Below are positions 1 through 9,519 of a stretch of DNA of 64,000 nt, piece by piece. Position numbers and translations under genes: made by a program. Origin of the DNA: Opitutales bacterium (GTDB taxonomy: Bacteria > Verrucomicrobiota > Verrucomicrobiia > Opitutales > JABSRG01); NCBI GenBank assembly GCA_049599475.1, contig JBMYOQ010000011.1:17553-81552 (forward strand). The letters run 5' to 3'. The notes beneath the pieces were generated by a model. That model was not told the origin of the DNA. It saw only the letters and a list, made by a program, of their open reading frames with translations, and did not search any database. Every line of letters starts with the position of its first letter. The first letter of the stretch is position 1.

Positions 1-2715
1 GTGGAGCACGGAGTCAGCGAGCTCGTTACAGGCGTGGACCTCGTCCGCTGGATGGTCGAGCAAGCAGCAGGTGAATTGTCATTGCCCAATACAGACAGTA
101 TTCCTCAAAAGGGACACGCCATACAGACGCGTCTCTACGCGGAGGACCCGCATCGCAATTTTCAGCCTTCCAGCGGCACGCTGACGCATGTGGAATTCCC
201 GGAGGACGTGCGTTGCGACCACTGGATAGCCTCGGGATCAGAGATCACACCTTATTACGATCCCTTGTTGGCGAAGCTTCAGGTGTATGCGGACGATCGT
301 CCTTCCGCAGTGGATGCTCTGCAAAAGGCTTTATCGGAAACACGCATAGATGGACTAGAAAGCAATCTGGCCTACCTACGATCGATTGTAGCCGATGACG
401 TATTTTGTAAGGGAACAGTGGTGACGCGTTCTCTGGGAGAGCACACCTTTCGCCCACGAAGCTTTGAAGTGTTGAGATCGGGCACCATGACCACAGTGCA
501 GGATTTCCCCGGGCGTGTTGGCTACTGGGATGTCGGTGTGCCGCCGTCTGGGCCTATGGATAATTTTAGCTTCCGTCTTGGAAATCGGATGCTCGGCAAC
601 TCGGATGACGCTGCCGGGCTCGAGATTACGGCGACTGGGCCTAAACTGAGCTTCAATTTTCCAACACGAGCGGTCCTTACAGGGGCTCCGATGAGCGCTT
701 CGCTCGATGGGCAAGCTGTCGAATTTAACAATCCATTCGACATCCGTGAGGGTGCCGTCCTCGATGTGGGCTCGGTGCTCGAAGCCGGGGTGCGTGCCTA
801 CCTGCTCATTCAAGGAGGCCTGGATATTCCGAAATATCTAGGCAGCCGCTCGACCTTTACCCTTGGGAAATTCGGCGGGCACGGTGGCCGCGCGCTGCGC
901 GTGGGTGATGTCATTCATATGCTGCCTGCAGACGACTCTGGGGCTGAGGCTGTTTTTACGGTAGAACATCTTCCTGAAATTTCCACTACATGGGATATCG
1001 CAGTGTTGTCCGGCCCGCATGGTGCTCCAGACTTCTTTACGGAACGGGATATCACTGAATTCTTCGAAACGGATTGGAAAGTCCACTTCAACTCTGCGCG
1101 CACAGGTGTGCGTTTGATTGGGCCGAAGCCCGAATGGGCGCGTCCAGACGGTGGTGAAGCGGGACTGCACCCATCGAATTTGCATGATAATGCGTATTCT
1201 ATCGGAGCTGTTGATTTTACCGGAGACATGCCTGTTATCCTGGGCCCGGATGGCCCAAGTCTAGGGGGCTTTGTCTGCCCGGTTACGATTATCGAATGCG
1301 AGCTGTGGAAAATGGGGCAGTTGCGTCCAGGAGATTCGGTGCGTTTTCGATGCCTATCGCCAGATGAAGCCAAGGCAATGACTGTGGCCTATCAAGCAAC
1401 ACTTGAGGAGGCTGCACCACTGCTTGAATGTGCGAAGCGTTTGCACTATCCGAGTGCTGACGAGGCGATTCTCCATAGCTCCGGATCTGGCGATGAACAG
1501 ATTGTGGTAAGACGGGCCGGGGACACGAATGTATTGGTCGAGATCGGCCCGATGGCTCTCGATTTCCGACTCCGTTTCCACATTCACGTATTGTACGAGG
1601 CCTTTAAAAAGCGAGAGATCGTCGGCGTGTCAGACTTGACGCCGGGGATTCGCTCCCTGCAGGTCCATTTCGACCCGAAGCTGATTTCGGCGGCTAGCAT
1701 TTGTGAGGCTATAGTGGATACGAATGCTAGTTTGCCTGCTCTAGAGAATGTCACAGTGCCATCGCGCGTGGTGCACTTGCCTCTCTCCTGGGATGATCCC
1801 TCGACCCAAGAAGCGATTGACCGCTATGTGAGCACGGTGCGTGCAGATGCACCTTGGTGTCCTGATAATATCGAATTTATCCGCCGGATCAATGGGCTCG
1901 ATTCCCGCCAAGACGTGTATGATATTGTGTTTAATGCGCGATACGTTGTCCTGGGCCTCGGGGATGTATATTTGGGCGCTCCGGTCGCTACACCGATGGA
2001 TCCACGTCATCGATTAGTCACTACGAAGTATAACCCTGCTCGAACTTGGACGCCCGAGAACGCAGTCGGAATCGGCGGTGCCTACATGTGTATCTACGGC
2101 ATGGAGGGCCCTGGAGGCTATCAATTTGTCGGCCGAACGATCCAGATGTGGAATTCCTACGACAGTGAAGCACCCTTTGAAGTGGGGAAGCCTTGGTTGC
2201 TTCGCTTCTTCGACCAGATTCGCTTCTACCCAGTCAGTGAAGACGAGTTAAAAACGCTGCGTAAGGACTTTCCGGCGGCACGCTTTTCACCGAAAATCGA
2301 AGAAGGCCATTTCAGCCTGTCTGAGTATCAAGGATTCTTAGACAAGAATTCGGAAAGTATTGCTGAATTCAAAAGCTCACAGAAAGTGGCATTTGAGGCC
2401 GAGCGGAAACGCTGGGAAGCAGCTGGAATCGCGGCCTACATCGACGATTCAGAAGTAGAAACCGAAGTGGAGACTGCAAGCTTGCCGGAGGGCGCTGTGC
2501 CTGTGGAGAGCCCTGTAGCGGGAAGCCTTTGGAAAATTTTGGCAAATGAAGAAGGGGCCGAGATTGAGGAAGGAGATACCCTCGCGATCTTAGAATCCAT
2601 GAAGATGGAAATTCAGATTGCGGCGCCGGCTTCGGGAACGCTTTGTTTAATTGCATCGAAAGAGGGCCAGACATTGGACCCCGGACAACTGCTCTTTGCT
2701 ATTCAACCGAAATAA
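1..2715 (+). CDS. uca: urea carboxylase, C-terminal ~900 aa (5' end lies outside the window)
   Basis: The ORF is open from base 1. It covers the end of a biotin-carboxylase domain and two allophanate-hydrolase-subunit-like (KipA/KipI-type) carboxyltransferase modules. A C-terminal biotinyl carrier has the [10 protein letters not shown] biotin-lysine motif. The allophanate hydrolase gene follows after 3 nt. Confidence 0.9.
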   Translation: MEHGVSELVTGVDLVRWMVEQAAGELSLPNTDSIPQKGHAIQTRLYAEDPHRNFQPSSGTLTHVEFPEDVRCDHWIASGSEITPYYDPLLAKLQVYADDRPSAVDALQKALSETRIDGLESNLAYLRSIVADDVFCKGTVVTRSLGEHTFRPRSFEVLRSGTMTTVQDFPGRVGYWDVGVPPSGPMDNFSFRLGNRMLGNSDDAAGLEITATGPKLSFNFPTRAVLTGAPMSASLDGQAVEFNNPFDIREGAVLDVGSVLEAGVRAYLLIQGGLDIPKYLGSRSTFTLGKFGGHGGRALRVGDVIHMLPADDSGAEAVFTVEHLPEISTTWDIAVLSGPHGAPDFFTERDITEFFETDWKVHFNSARTGVRLIGPKPEWARPDGGEAGLHPSNLHDNAYSIGAVDFTGDMPVILGPDGPSLGGFVCPVTIIECELWKMGQLRPGDSVRFRCLSPDEAKAMTVAYQATLEEAAPLLECAKRLHYPSADEAILHSSGSGDEQIVVRRAGDTNVLVEIGPMALDFRLRFHIHVLYEAFKKREIVGVSDLTPGIRSLQVHFDPKLISAASICEAIVDTNASLPALENVTVPSRVVHLPLSWDDPSTQEAIDRYVSTVRADAPWCPDNIEFIRRINGLDSRQDVYDIVFNARYVVLGLGDVYLGAPVATPMDPRHRLVTTKYNPARTWTPENAVGIGGAYMCIYGMEGPGGYQFVGRTIQMWNSYDSEAPFEVGKPWLLRFFDQIRFYPVSEDELKTLRKDFPAARFSPKIEEGHFSLSEYQGFLDKNSESIAEFKSSQKVAFEAERKRWEAAGIAAYIDDSEVETEVETASLPEGAVPVESPVAGSLWKILANEEGAEIEEGDTLAILESMKMEIQIAAPASGTLCLIASKEGQTLDPGQLLFAIQPK

Positions 2716-2718
2716 GAA

Positions 2719-4437
2719 ATGCTTCAGATCACATCCTTACTTTCAGACTACCGTGCAGGCACGCGCACGCCTCGAGAGGTATTAACATCTCTCGTTGAAA
2801 AAATCAAAAGCTCCGACAATCCGAAAGTCTGGATCTATGCATTGAGCTTGGAGGAAATCGAGCCATGGATTGCGCGTTTGGAAGGTGCGTCTCCGGATAG
2901 TTTACCGCTCTATGGCGTTCCCTTTGCGATCAAGGACAATATCGACCTAGCAGGTATTCCGACAACGGCGGCATGTCCCGAGTATGCATATACTCCAGAA
3001 AAATCGGCGACTGTAGTGGAAAACTTGATCGCGGCAGGCGCGGTGCCTTTGGGTAAAACAAACCTTGACCAATTTGCCACGGGCTTGGTCGGAGTCCGTA
3101 CGCCCTATGGAACACCGGTGAATCCGATAGCCCCTGATCGTGTGCCCGGGGGCTCAAGCTGTGGATCGGCTGTCGCTTTAAGCGAAGGCTTTGTCAGTTT
3201 CTCCCTGGGGACGGATACCGCGGGCTCTGGGCGGGTACCAGCGGTTTTTAATAAGCTGTGGGGCGTGAAACCCAGCCGGGGCCGTTTAAGTAATACCGGA
3301 CTGGTTCCGGCATGTAAGACCTTGGACTGTATTTCGATTTTTGCCTTCGATGCTGAGGGCGCAAAGTTGGCGCTGAGTGCTGCGGAAGGTTTTGACGAAT
3401 CGGATGCGTATTCGCAGCCCGTTATCAACAAGCCCGTTCCTACTGAGTCAGTCTTGGGGATTCCGCAGCCGGATCAACTTATGTTCTTTGGCGATGCTCA
3501 ATATGATGAAGCATGGGTTGCTGCTAAAGCAGAACTTAAGGCTAAAGGCTGGACGCTGCGGGAGGTCGATTTTTCTCCGTTTATTCAGGCGGCTCGCCTA
3601 TTGTATGAAGGGCCGTGGGTCTCTGAGCGCTATGCGGCCATCGAAACGTTCTTAAAGGAGCAGCCGGAATCTGTATTCCCCGTAACACGACAAATTATAT
3701 CCGGTGGCGGTGATCACTCCGCACGTGATGCCTTTGTGTCGACCTACAAACTCGCGGAGCTCAAGCGCAAATCGGAAGCAGCCTGGGAAGGCGTCGCGGC
3801 GATTGTCACGCCGACAGTCGGCGGATTCCCGACGCTTGAAGATATGGAAAAAGATCCGGTAGGACCCAATTCTCAATTGGGTTATTTCACCAATTTTATG
3901 AACCTGCTCGACCTGAGCGCTCTGGCTGTGCCGGCTGGAGAAGCACCGAGTGGACTGCCTTTCGGAATCACCTACATCGCGCCGCGTGACAGTGATCAAG
4001 CTCTTCTTGAAATCGCTAGTAAGGGTCCAGTGGATACATCCATGTCATCGCCAGAAACGGTATCCATTATCCTATTTGGTGCGCACATGAGTGGCTTGCC
4101 ATTGAATACCCAAGTCCTCGGCCTCGGCGGAACCTTCGTCGGCGAAGTGAAAACGGCCGAAAAATATAAAATGGTCTATCTACCCGAGCCCAAGCCTCAT
4201 CGCCCTGGTATCGTAAAAATAGGCGAGGGCGGTGTCTCAATTGCGTGTGAAGAGTGGAGTTTCCCGGCTGAGAGTGTAGGGGCCTTTTTGGCCTCGATAT
4301 CCACGCCGCTTGGCCTCGGTCAAATTGAACTGTCGGACGGTCGCTACGTTCACGGTTTCCTATGCGAACCCTACGCGGCAGACGCTGCCGAAGATATTTC
4401 AAGCTCCGAGGGCTGGCGGGCTTACTTAGCTGACTGA
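2719..4437 (+). CDS. atzF: allophanate hydrolase (amidase-signature family)
   Basis: It has the amidase signature [12 protein letters not shown]...[12 protein letters not shown] plus a C-terminal extension of about 120 aa typical of allophanate hydrolases. It sits directly downstream of urea carboxylase, forming the urea amidolyase pair. Confidence 0.9.
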   Translation: MLQITSLLSDYRAGTRTPREVLTSLVEKIKSSDNPKVWIYALSLEEIEPWIARLEGASPDSLPLYGVPFAIKDNIDLAGIPTTAACPEYAYTPEKSATVVENLIAAGAVPLGKTNLDQFATGLVGVRTPYGTPVNPIAPDRVPGGSSCGSAVALSEGFVSFSLGTDTAGSGRVPAVFNKLWGVKPSRGRLSNTGLVPACKTLDCISIFAFDAEGAKLALSAAEGFDESDAYSQPVINKPVPTESVLGIPQPDQLMFFGDAQYDEAWVAAKAELKAKGWTLREVDFSPFIQAARLLYEGPWVSERYAAIETFLKEQPESVFPVTRQIISGGGDHSARDAFVSTYKLAELKRKSEAAWEGVAAIVTPTVGGFPTLEDMEKDPVGPNSQLGYFTNFMNLLDLSALAVPAGEAPSGLPFGITYIAPRDSDQALLEIASKGPVDTSMSSPETVSIILFGAHMSGLPLNTQVLGLGGTFVGEVKTAEKYKMVYLPEPKPHRPGIVKIGEGGVSIACEEWSFPAESVGAFLASISTPLGLGQIELSDGRYVHGFLCEPYAADAAEDISSSEGWRAYLAD

Positions 4438-4445
4438 TTTTTTAA

Positions 4446-4526
4446 ACCACAGAGGGCACAGAGAGCACGGAGTATCTAAGAATCGCATGGAGCTTTTTCT
4501 TCGTGCTCTTAGTGCCCTCTGTGGTT
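4446..4526. repeat. 81-bp palindromic (hairpin) element immediately after the atzF stop
   Basis: The left arm is AACCACAGAGGGCACAGAGAGCACG (4446-4469). The right arm is CGTGCTCTTAGTGCCCTCTGTGGTT (4502-4526). The arms are near-perfect reverse complements with mismatches only in the centre of the arm, and the loop is about 32 nt. No U-tract follows the right arm. Confidence 0.7.
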
Positions 4527-4772
4527 CTTGTAAGAAGTTCTGGCAAGCCTTTGGAATTATTGATGACCGGCAGTTCAGGATAGTTTTCCGCAGATTTTAC
4601 AGATAGACGCAGAATGATTATAGGTAATTGCCCCGTTTCCTCTTTGCGTCTTCGCTGCTTGAGCGCAGCGGGCGTGAGACTTTGCCTAAAACACGTAGGT
4701 GATACCGAAAAGTTAGACAGTGTTGGTATACGTGGTTGATAATTGATTCTTACCAGCCAGTCTCCAGGGAAT

Positions 4773-7547
4773 ATGGCCGATTCCGAGGGTCCCAAATTAC
4801 CAGATGAAAAAGAAATCGCTGAGCTTTCGCGTGAAGCCCAAGCTGCTCTTGCTGCGCGTTGCGCTTTGCGTGTATTCCCGTTTATTGGAGCTCAGGGGCA
4901 TTTAAATTTCTGGGGAGAAGATGTTGCCCGCCATTTGAATGGAGTTTGGGCAGCAGTTTTGGTTGCATTGACTAAAGATCATTCCGCCGCCCACGCCACC
5001 GCCGCCGCCACTGCCGCCACCGCCACTGCCGCCGCCACCGCCACTGCCGCCGCCGCCGACGCCGCTTACGCCGCCGCCAACGCCGACGCCAACGCCGCCT
5101 TAAACGCCGCCGCCTACGCTGCCTTAAACGCCGCCGGTGACGAATTTCTGGCCTCTTTTCGACTTTCGGTTAGGGATGATTTTGAGCGCCTTAAGTCGGG
5201 AGAACGTCCCGATTGGGATTTTGTCGGGTCTCCCTTATTTGGAAAAATTGGAATGTCCCTGGAGGATTGGGTGACGTCCGATATCGGTAAGGCTTTTGGG
5301 TCAATTGGCGCGGGGGTCATCCTAGATATGTGGATTTCCTTCTTCCATGGTGAGGCATCGTTGGAGAGGTGTCGGGAGTGGTTGGAGCGCTGGAAGGCTG
5401 AATACGGAGACTTTGATGAAGAGCCTGTAAGGAAAGAGGTGAAGGCTGTAGCGAAGAAGGTTCCTGCTAAGAAGAAGAGGCCTCGAACAGTTCAAGAATC
5501 TTCTACGGAAGACATAGACCAGACAACAGACTCAACGATATCGAAATTTTCTGACGATGGCATCCCTGCAGGCTCCATGGATGGTCCGGCGAGTGAGGAT
5601 GCTTTGGGGCGGGACCCTTTGATCAAGAGTTTGGCGAATATGCTTTCGATTAAGGATCAGGGGACACCGATTACCTTGGGTTTGTTCGGGCATTGGGGCT
5701 CTGGGAAGAGTACTGTGATGCGGCTGTTGCAGAAGGAGTTGAGCAGTGAGGAGACTCAGCATAAATATTCAGATTTTGATTTCCTGTTTGGGTGGTTCAA
5801 TGCTTGGGAGTATGAGCACACCGATGACATTCGTGCAGGGTTAGCGCAGGAAGTTGTGAATGGGCTTCTCAATGATGGACAATATGCGGAAGAGGAGCGC
5901 TGCTATAGTAAGCGCATATCTTGGCGTCAGAAATTTTTGTTACAAATTCAATATTTGCTGAGCGAGAAGCCTAAAGAGAGTCTTGGTCTCGCTCTAAAGG
6001 TATTTGCTGTTGTGATGTCTGCTTTCTTGGGGCTGGGGGGTGTGGTCGCGAGTAGTTCGGATTCTCTGCGCGAAGTCATCATGTTTTCATTTTCGGGGAG
6101 TGGAGAGTCGGGTGACCCTGTTTCCGGATTTGCAACGCGCCATGAGATTTCTGCGGAAGAAGAGCCTGAGGACCCTAATTTACTGGCAGATGTCGTTACC
6201 GCACTAATCGAATTTTTAAAAGACCCGGGGGCCGGCGGTCAGATTTTGGGGACGAGTGCCTTGGTCTTTTCCGCTTTTTTGGGTTTTCGTTGGCTTCCCG
6301 ATGCCAAGCGTTTGTGGGACCATCCCTTGGCCACAGATTTGGGCACCTTTTTCAAATTACCATCCTACCGTGAAGAATTAGGTCAGATCCCTGTTATTCG
6401 GAAGCAATTGGAGGGGCTCTGTAAAATAAGGTTAGGTAACACAACAAAAGAGCCGACCTGGTGGGAGCGGGTTGTAGGGAAATTATGTAAGCCACTGCGG
6501 CAAAAGGAACCGGAAAGACCGAAGCGCCTGATTGTTTTTATTGATGATCTGGATCGTTGTCAGACTGAGAAAATTGCCGAGACTTTCGATGCTGCGCGCC
6601 TGATTGCTCATATCGAAGGCGTTATCTTAGTCATTGGGATTGATGAACGGATAGCCTTCAACGCGATGGGCCGAACGTATGAGGAATATGCTGAAGGGGA
6701 CGCGGGTCGGAAACCAGAAGACGTGGCTCGAGACTACTTAGGTAAAATCATCCAAGTACCGGTTCGCTTGGAGCCGCCGACAATTCGCGAATTGAAAGGA
6801 TTCATCGAAAATCAATTGTTTGTCGATGGGGTCCCTGCACCGCCACAGACTGTCATTGATCCAAGCGGACAAGAGAACGCACCTGCGGATCATGAGGAGA
6901 CTATAAATGAGAATCCCGCGCAAAGCGAGGATCCCAAAACGCCAGAGACGCGTGATAAAAAAGTTGATACAGCGACTCGTGTTGAGGATCGGAAAGCCCC
7001 GTCGCCTGAAGATAAGATTCAAGAAATGCACGAAAAAGAGGCAAAAGGTGCGAGTGAAGAGCGCAGTCGGATGGTAGAGACAAACGAGGAGAAAATCCAT
7101 TTTGTGACGCTTTGCCATATTTTTGATTTCAATAATCCGCGACAGCTTCTGCGTTTGAAGAATACCTACCGTCTGTTGAAGGCTTTGCTGCGAAGACGAC
7201 AAGCAGGGAGAAATCGAGCGGATATGCCTGATAACCCACTGAGCTTGCTACGAATGCTATTCTGGCTGGAGTTCCAGTTGGAATCTAGCCCTGAAGAGGT
7301 CCACAAATGGGTAAAGACATCTCTGGAGCCGGATGATACTTCATTAAAATCTGAATACAAAAAATTCAGCGATAAGTTTCCGAAACCCAAGCTTGTTGAA
7401 GATTGCTGGCGATTCGATGCTCAGAAAGATCGGCGGACGAAGGCTTACAAAGAAGGTCAGGAGTTTCAGGCTCTGGAAGAGTTTACCCGCACCTGTTTGC
7501 TTCCTTACCCAAGCCGAGAAGCCGGAGCGACCGAGGATGATGCGTGA
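4773..7547 (+). CDS. KAP-family P-loop NTPase with membrane insert and an unassigned N-terminal module
   Basis: Walker A is GLFGHWGSGKST and Walker B is LIVFIDDLDRC. Two hydrophobic helices (LALKVFAVVMSAFLGLGGVVASS and ILGTSALVFSAFLGFRWL) lie between them, which is the KAP hallmark. A C-terminal helical module contains NPRQLLRLKNTYRLL. I prefer the ATG at 4773 (MADSEGPK) to the TTG at 4743 used in the ORF track. Confidence 0.85.
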   Translation: MADSEGPKLPDEKEIAELSREAQAALAARCALRVFPFIGAQGHLNFWGEDVARHLNGVWAAVLVALTKDHSAAHATAAATAATATAAATATAAAADAAYAAANADANAALNAAAYAALNAAGDEFLASFRLSVRDDFERLKSGERPDWDFVGSPLFGKIGMSLEDWVTSDIGKAFGSIGAGVILDMWISFFHGEASLERCREWLERWKAEYGDFDEEPVRKEVKAVAKKVPAKKKRPRTVQESSTEDIDQTTDSTISKFSDDGIPAGSMDGPASEDALGRDPLIKSLANMLSIKDQGTPITLGLFGHWGSGKSTVMRLLQKELSSEETQHKYSDFDFLFGWFNAWEYEHTDDIRAGLAQEVVNGLLNDGQYAEEERCYSKRISWRQKFLLQIQYLLSEKPKESLGLALKVFAVVMSAFLGLGGVVASSSDSLREVIMFSFSGSGESGDPVSGFATRHEISAEEEPEDPNLLADVVTALIEFLKDPGAGGQILGTSALVFSAFLGFRWLPDAKRLWDHPLATDLGTFFKLPSYREELGQIPVIRKQLEGLCKIRLGNTTKEPTWWERVVGKLCKPLRQKEPERPKRLIVFIDDLDRCQTEKIAETFDAARLIAHIEGVILVIGIDERIAFNAMGRTYEEYAEGDAGRKPEDVARDYLGKIIQVPVRLEPPTIRELKGFIENQLFVDGVPAPPQTVIDPSGQENAPADHEETINENPAQSEDPKTPETRDKKVDTATRVEDRKAPSPEDKIQEMHEKEAKGASEERSRMVETNEEKIHFVTLCHIFDFNNPRQLLRLKNTYRLLKALLRRRQAGRNRADMPDNPLSLLRMLFWLEFQLESSPEEVHKWVKTSLEPDDTSLKSEYKKFSDKFPKPKLVEDCWRFDAQKDRRTKAYKEGQEFQALEEFTRTCLLPYPSREAGATEDDA
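5019..5054 (+). repeat. perfect 18-nt tandem duplication (ACCGCCACTGCCGCCGCC x2) inside a GCC-rich Ala/Thr tract
   Basis: Bases 5019-5036 and 5037-5054 are identical. The repeat is in frame (TATAAA x2). It lies within the 51-codon Ala/Thr/Asn tract at 4983-5138 of the KAP NTPase gene. Confidence 0.9.
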
Positions 7548-7789
7548 GAGCTTGGACTTGTGTGCAGTCAATTCTCAAAAGTCCGTTCGCATTGAGCTCA
7601 AATTATAATCGTGGGTTTTCCGGCAGAGACGCTGTCCTCAGCATCCGTGGAGCCGATCGCAGTGGACATTTAGGATATGTCCCTCCCACCTATACCAAAT
7701 CAAGTTTGAGAACGGGTCAATTTGCTCGATCAGCACTTTCGCCAGAAAGAGGTCCGTGGCTTCTCCGAATGTCCCAGTTTCTTAGCCGA

Positions 7790-9271
7790 TTATGCGTGCG
7801 TTTCCCGTAGGCTCTTTACGCCGACGAGCCAATAGCTGGCAACGTATACGAGGGCGAAGATGCCTACGTTTAGGCGGTCCGTGCTGAGGGAAAGGGCGAA
7901 AGCTATGAGGCAATAGGCTCCTAGGGCGGTTTCGATCCAGGGGCCTAAGCTCTTGTTCAGATTGTAGGACTTCTGGGTGCTGGAACCGCGTTTTGGAGTG
8001 CGGATGAAGGCGGATTGTTTTCCGGTGAAGCCTTCCCAGACGGCGCGCGCGTTTGAGTAGGAAATCCCGAAACCGACCATGAGGAGTGCGGGCAGTTGAC
8101 GTATTGCGTAGCCGAAACGCTTCGGGTCGATTGCGCATTGGGCGAAGATGCAGGAAAGGCTGGGGCCGAGTGAGGCAGCCAGTATGGGGCCGAAGGCGAT
8201 AGGCCAGAAGAAGGGACCTAGGTCGACTTCTTGCACGAGGACCATCGGTAGGGACACCAAAGCCATCAGGAACATGCAGAAGTGGATGGCGTAGTGGGTG
8301 AGGTGGCAGACGGCCTGGAAGCGTTTAATGAGGCTGCGCTTGGGGTCAAACTTGAGCTTCGGCAGAATTTTTAGCGCAGTTTGAATGGATCCCTTGGCCC
8401 AGCGGAATTGTTGGCTTTTGAGTGCCGTAAACGTAGCCGGAAGTTCGGCGGGGACGACGAGATCGAGCAGGTAGTGCAGGCGCCAGCCTTTGATTTGGGC
8501 CCGGTAGCTGAGGTCCATATCCTCAGTCAGGGTGTCGGCTTGCCAACCTCCGGCTTCGTCGATGGCTTGTCGGCGCCAGACACCAGCTGTGCCATTGAAA
8601 TTTAGATAGAGGTTGTTCCAGGAGCGGGCAGATTGTTCGATGACAAAGTGGCAATCGATTCCCATAGCGAGGGCTCGCGTGAGCCAGGACTCTTCGCGGT
8701 TGAGGTGGCCCCAACGTGCTTGGACGAGGCCGACTTCTTCTTGGCTGATCAGCTGTGGGATCGAGCGCTTGAGGAAATCTTTAGTGGGAACGAAATCGCT
8801 GTCGAAGATCGCGATATAAGGGGCGTTATCCTGAGTGAGCCCATATTGGAGGGCGCCTGCTTTGAAGCCTTCGCGATTGTCGCGTCGGACGACTGCGATA
8901 TCGATGCCTTCGGCGGATAATTCAGCTACGACCTTGTCGACGATCTCGCGTGTCTCGTCGGTCGAGTCATCAAGGACCTGGATGCGATGGAGGCCTTTCG
9001 GATACTCCATTTTCGCGGCGGCTCGGATGACGCGCTCGGCGACGTTGAGCTCATTGTAAAGGGGAAGTTGGGTGAGGACCTCAGGCCAAGATCGTTCGCC
9101 TGACTCGAGTTCGGCGAGGGCCTGAGTTTCGCGCTCAGCGTCTTGCTCGCGAGCCTGCTTGCGCTTGCGGATAAACAGGCGCATCAACACATAGCTGTTG
9201 AGCCCGTAGACTAACAGTAGGCTGCAGAGGATTCCGTAGAAAATCCAAATGATTGTTGAGACCTGTGACAT
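7790..9271 (-). CDS. family 2 glycosyltransferase, membrane-embedded, processive (cellulose-synthase-like) type
   Basis: It has an N-terminal TM helix, the DSDF (DxD) and TEDMDLS (TED) motifs, the QQFRW (QxxRW) motif, and several C-terminal TM helices. Confidence 0.8.
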   Translation of the reverse strand: MSQVSTIIWIFYGILCSLLLVYGLNSYVLMRLFIRKRKQAREQDAERETQALAELESGERSWPEVLTQLPLYNELNVAERVIRAAAKMEYPKGLHRIQVLDDSTDETREIVDKVVAELSAEGIDIAVVRRDNREGFKAGALQYGLTQDNAPYIAIFDSDFVPTKDFLKRSIPQLISQEEVGLVQARWGHLNREESWLTRALAMGIDCHFVIEQSARSWNNLYLNFNGTAGVWRRQAIDEAGGWQADTLTEDMDLSYRAQIKGWRLHYLLDLVVPAELPATFTALKSQQFRWAKGSIQTALKILPKLKFDPKRSLIKRFQAVCHLTHYAIHFCMFLMALVSLPMVLVQEVDLGPFFWPIAFGPILAASLGPSLSCIFAQCAIDPKRFGYAIRQLPALLMVGFGISYSNARAVWEGFTGKQSAFIRTPKRGSSTQKSYNLNKSLGPWIETALGAYCLIAFALSLSTDRLNVGIFALVYVASYWLVGVKSLRETHA

Positions 9272-9366
9272 GATGGAGGAGCGGCGAGCACATCAGTTCC
9301 CGTCTAAAGAGCAACCGGGAAATTTGGAGAACCCATGTGGTATCTGTATGTAGAAGAGATTGTTTT

Positions 9367-9452
9367 GGTAGGCGGAACCGTCGCGGTAAGCCGCAGGATC
9401 GGCTGATAAAGCGCGATTGCACATGCGGCTCGGCGGGACGCCTCGCCCTACC
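9367..9452. repeat. inverted pair of a 27-nt GC-rich motif (copies at 9367-9393 and 9426-9452)
   Basis: Copy C is GGTAGGCGGAACCGTCGCGGTAAGCCG. The reverse complement of 9426-9452 (copy A) is GGTAGGGCGAGGCGTCCCGCCGAGCCG. A third copy lies at 38809-38835. The pair sits in the spacer between the oxidoreductase stop and the GT2 start. Confidence 0.6.
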
Positions 9453-9519
9453 TAAAGTCCTTTGAAGATTAAAGATGTTAGTAGGAGATTGAGAATAGAA
9501 CTAGACCGCTCTAGAGCAG

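Noticed and set aside
4983-5138. I considered whether the GCC-rich repeat tract is a CRISPR-like or other non-coding array.
   Set aside because: The tract is in frame within a long ORF and the repeat unit is 18 nt with no spacers. No cas genes or repeat-spacer periodicity occur anywhere in the window.
7548-7789. An 88-aa plus-strand ORF (7544-7810) lies in the gap between the convergent KAP and GT2 genes.
   Set aside because: It overlaps both neighbouring stops. It has no motif and an unremarkable composition. The gap is better explained as a 3' untranslated region.
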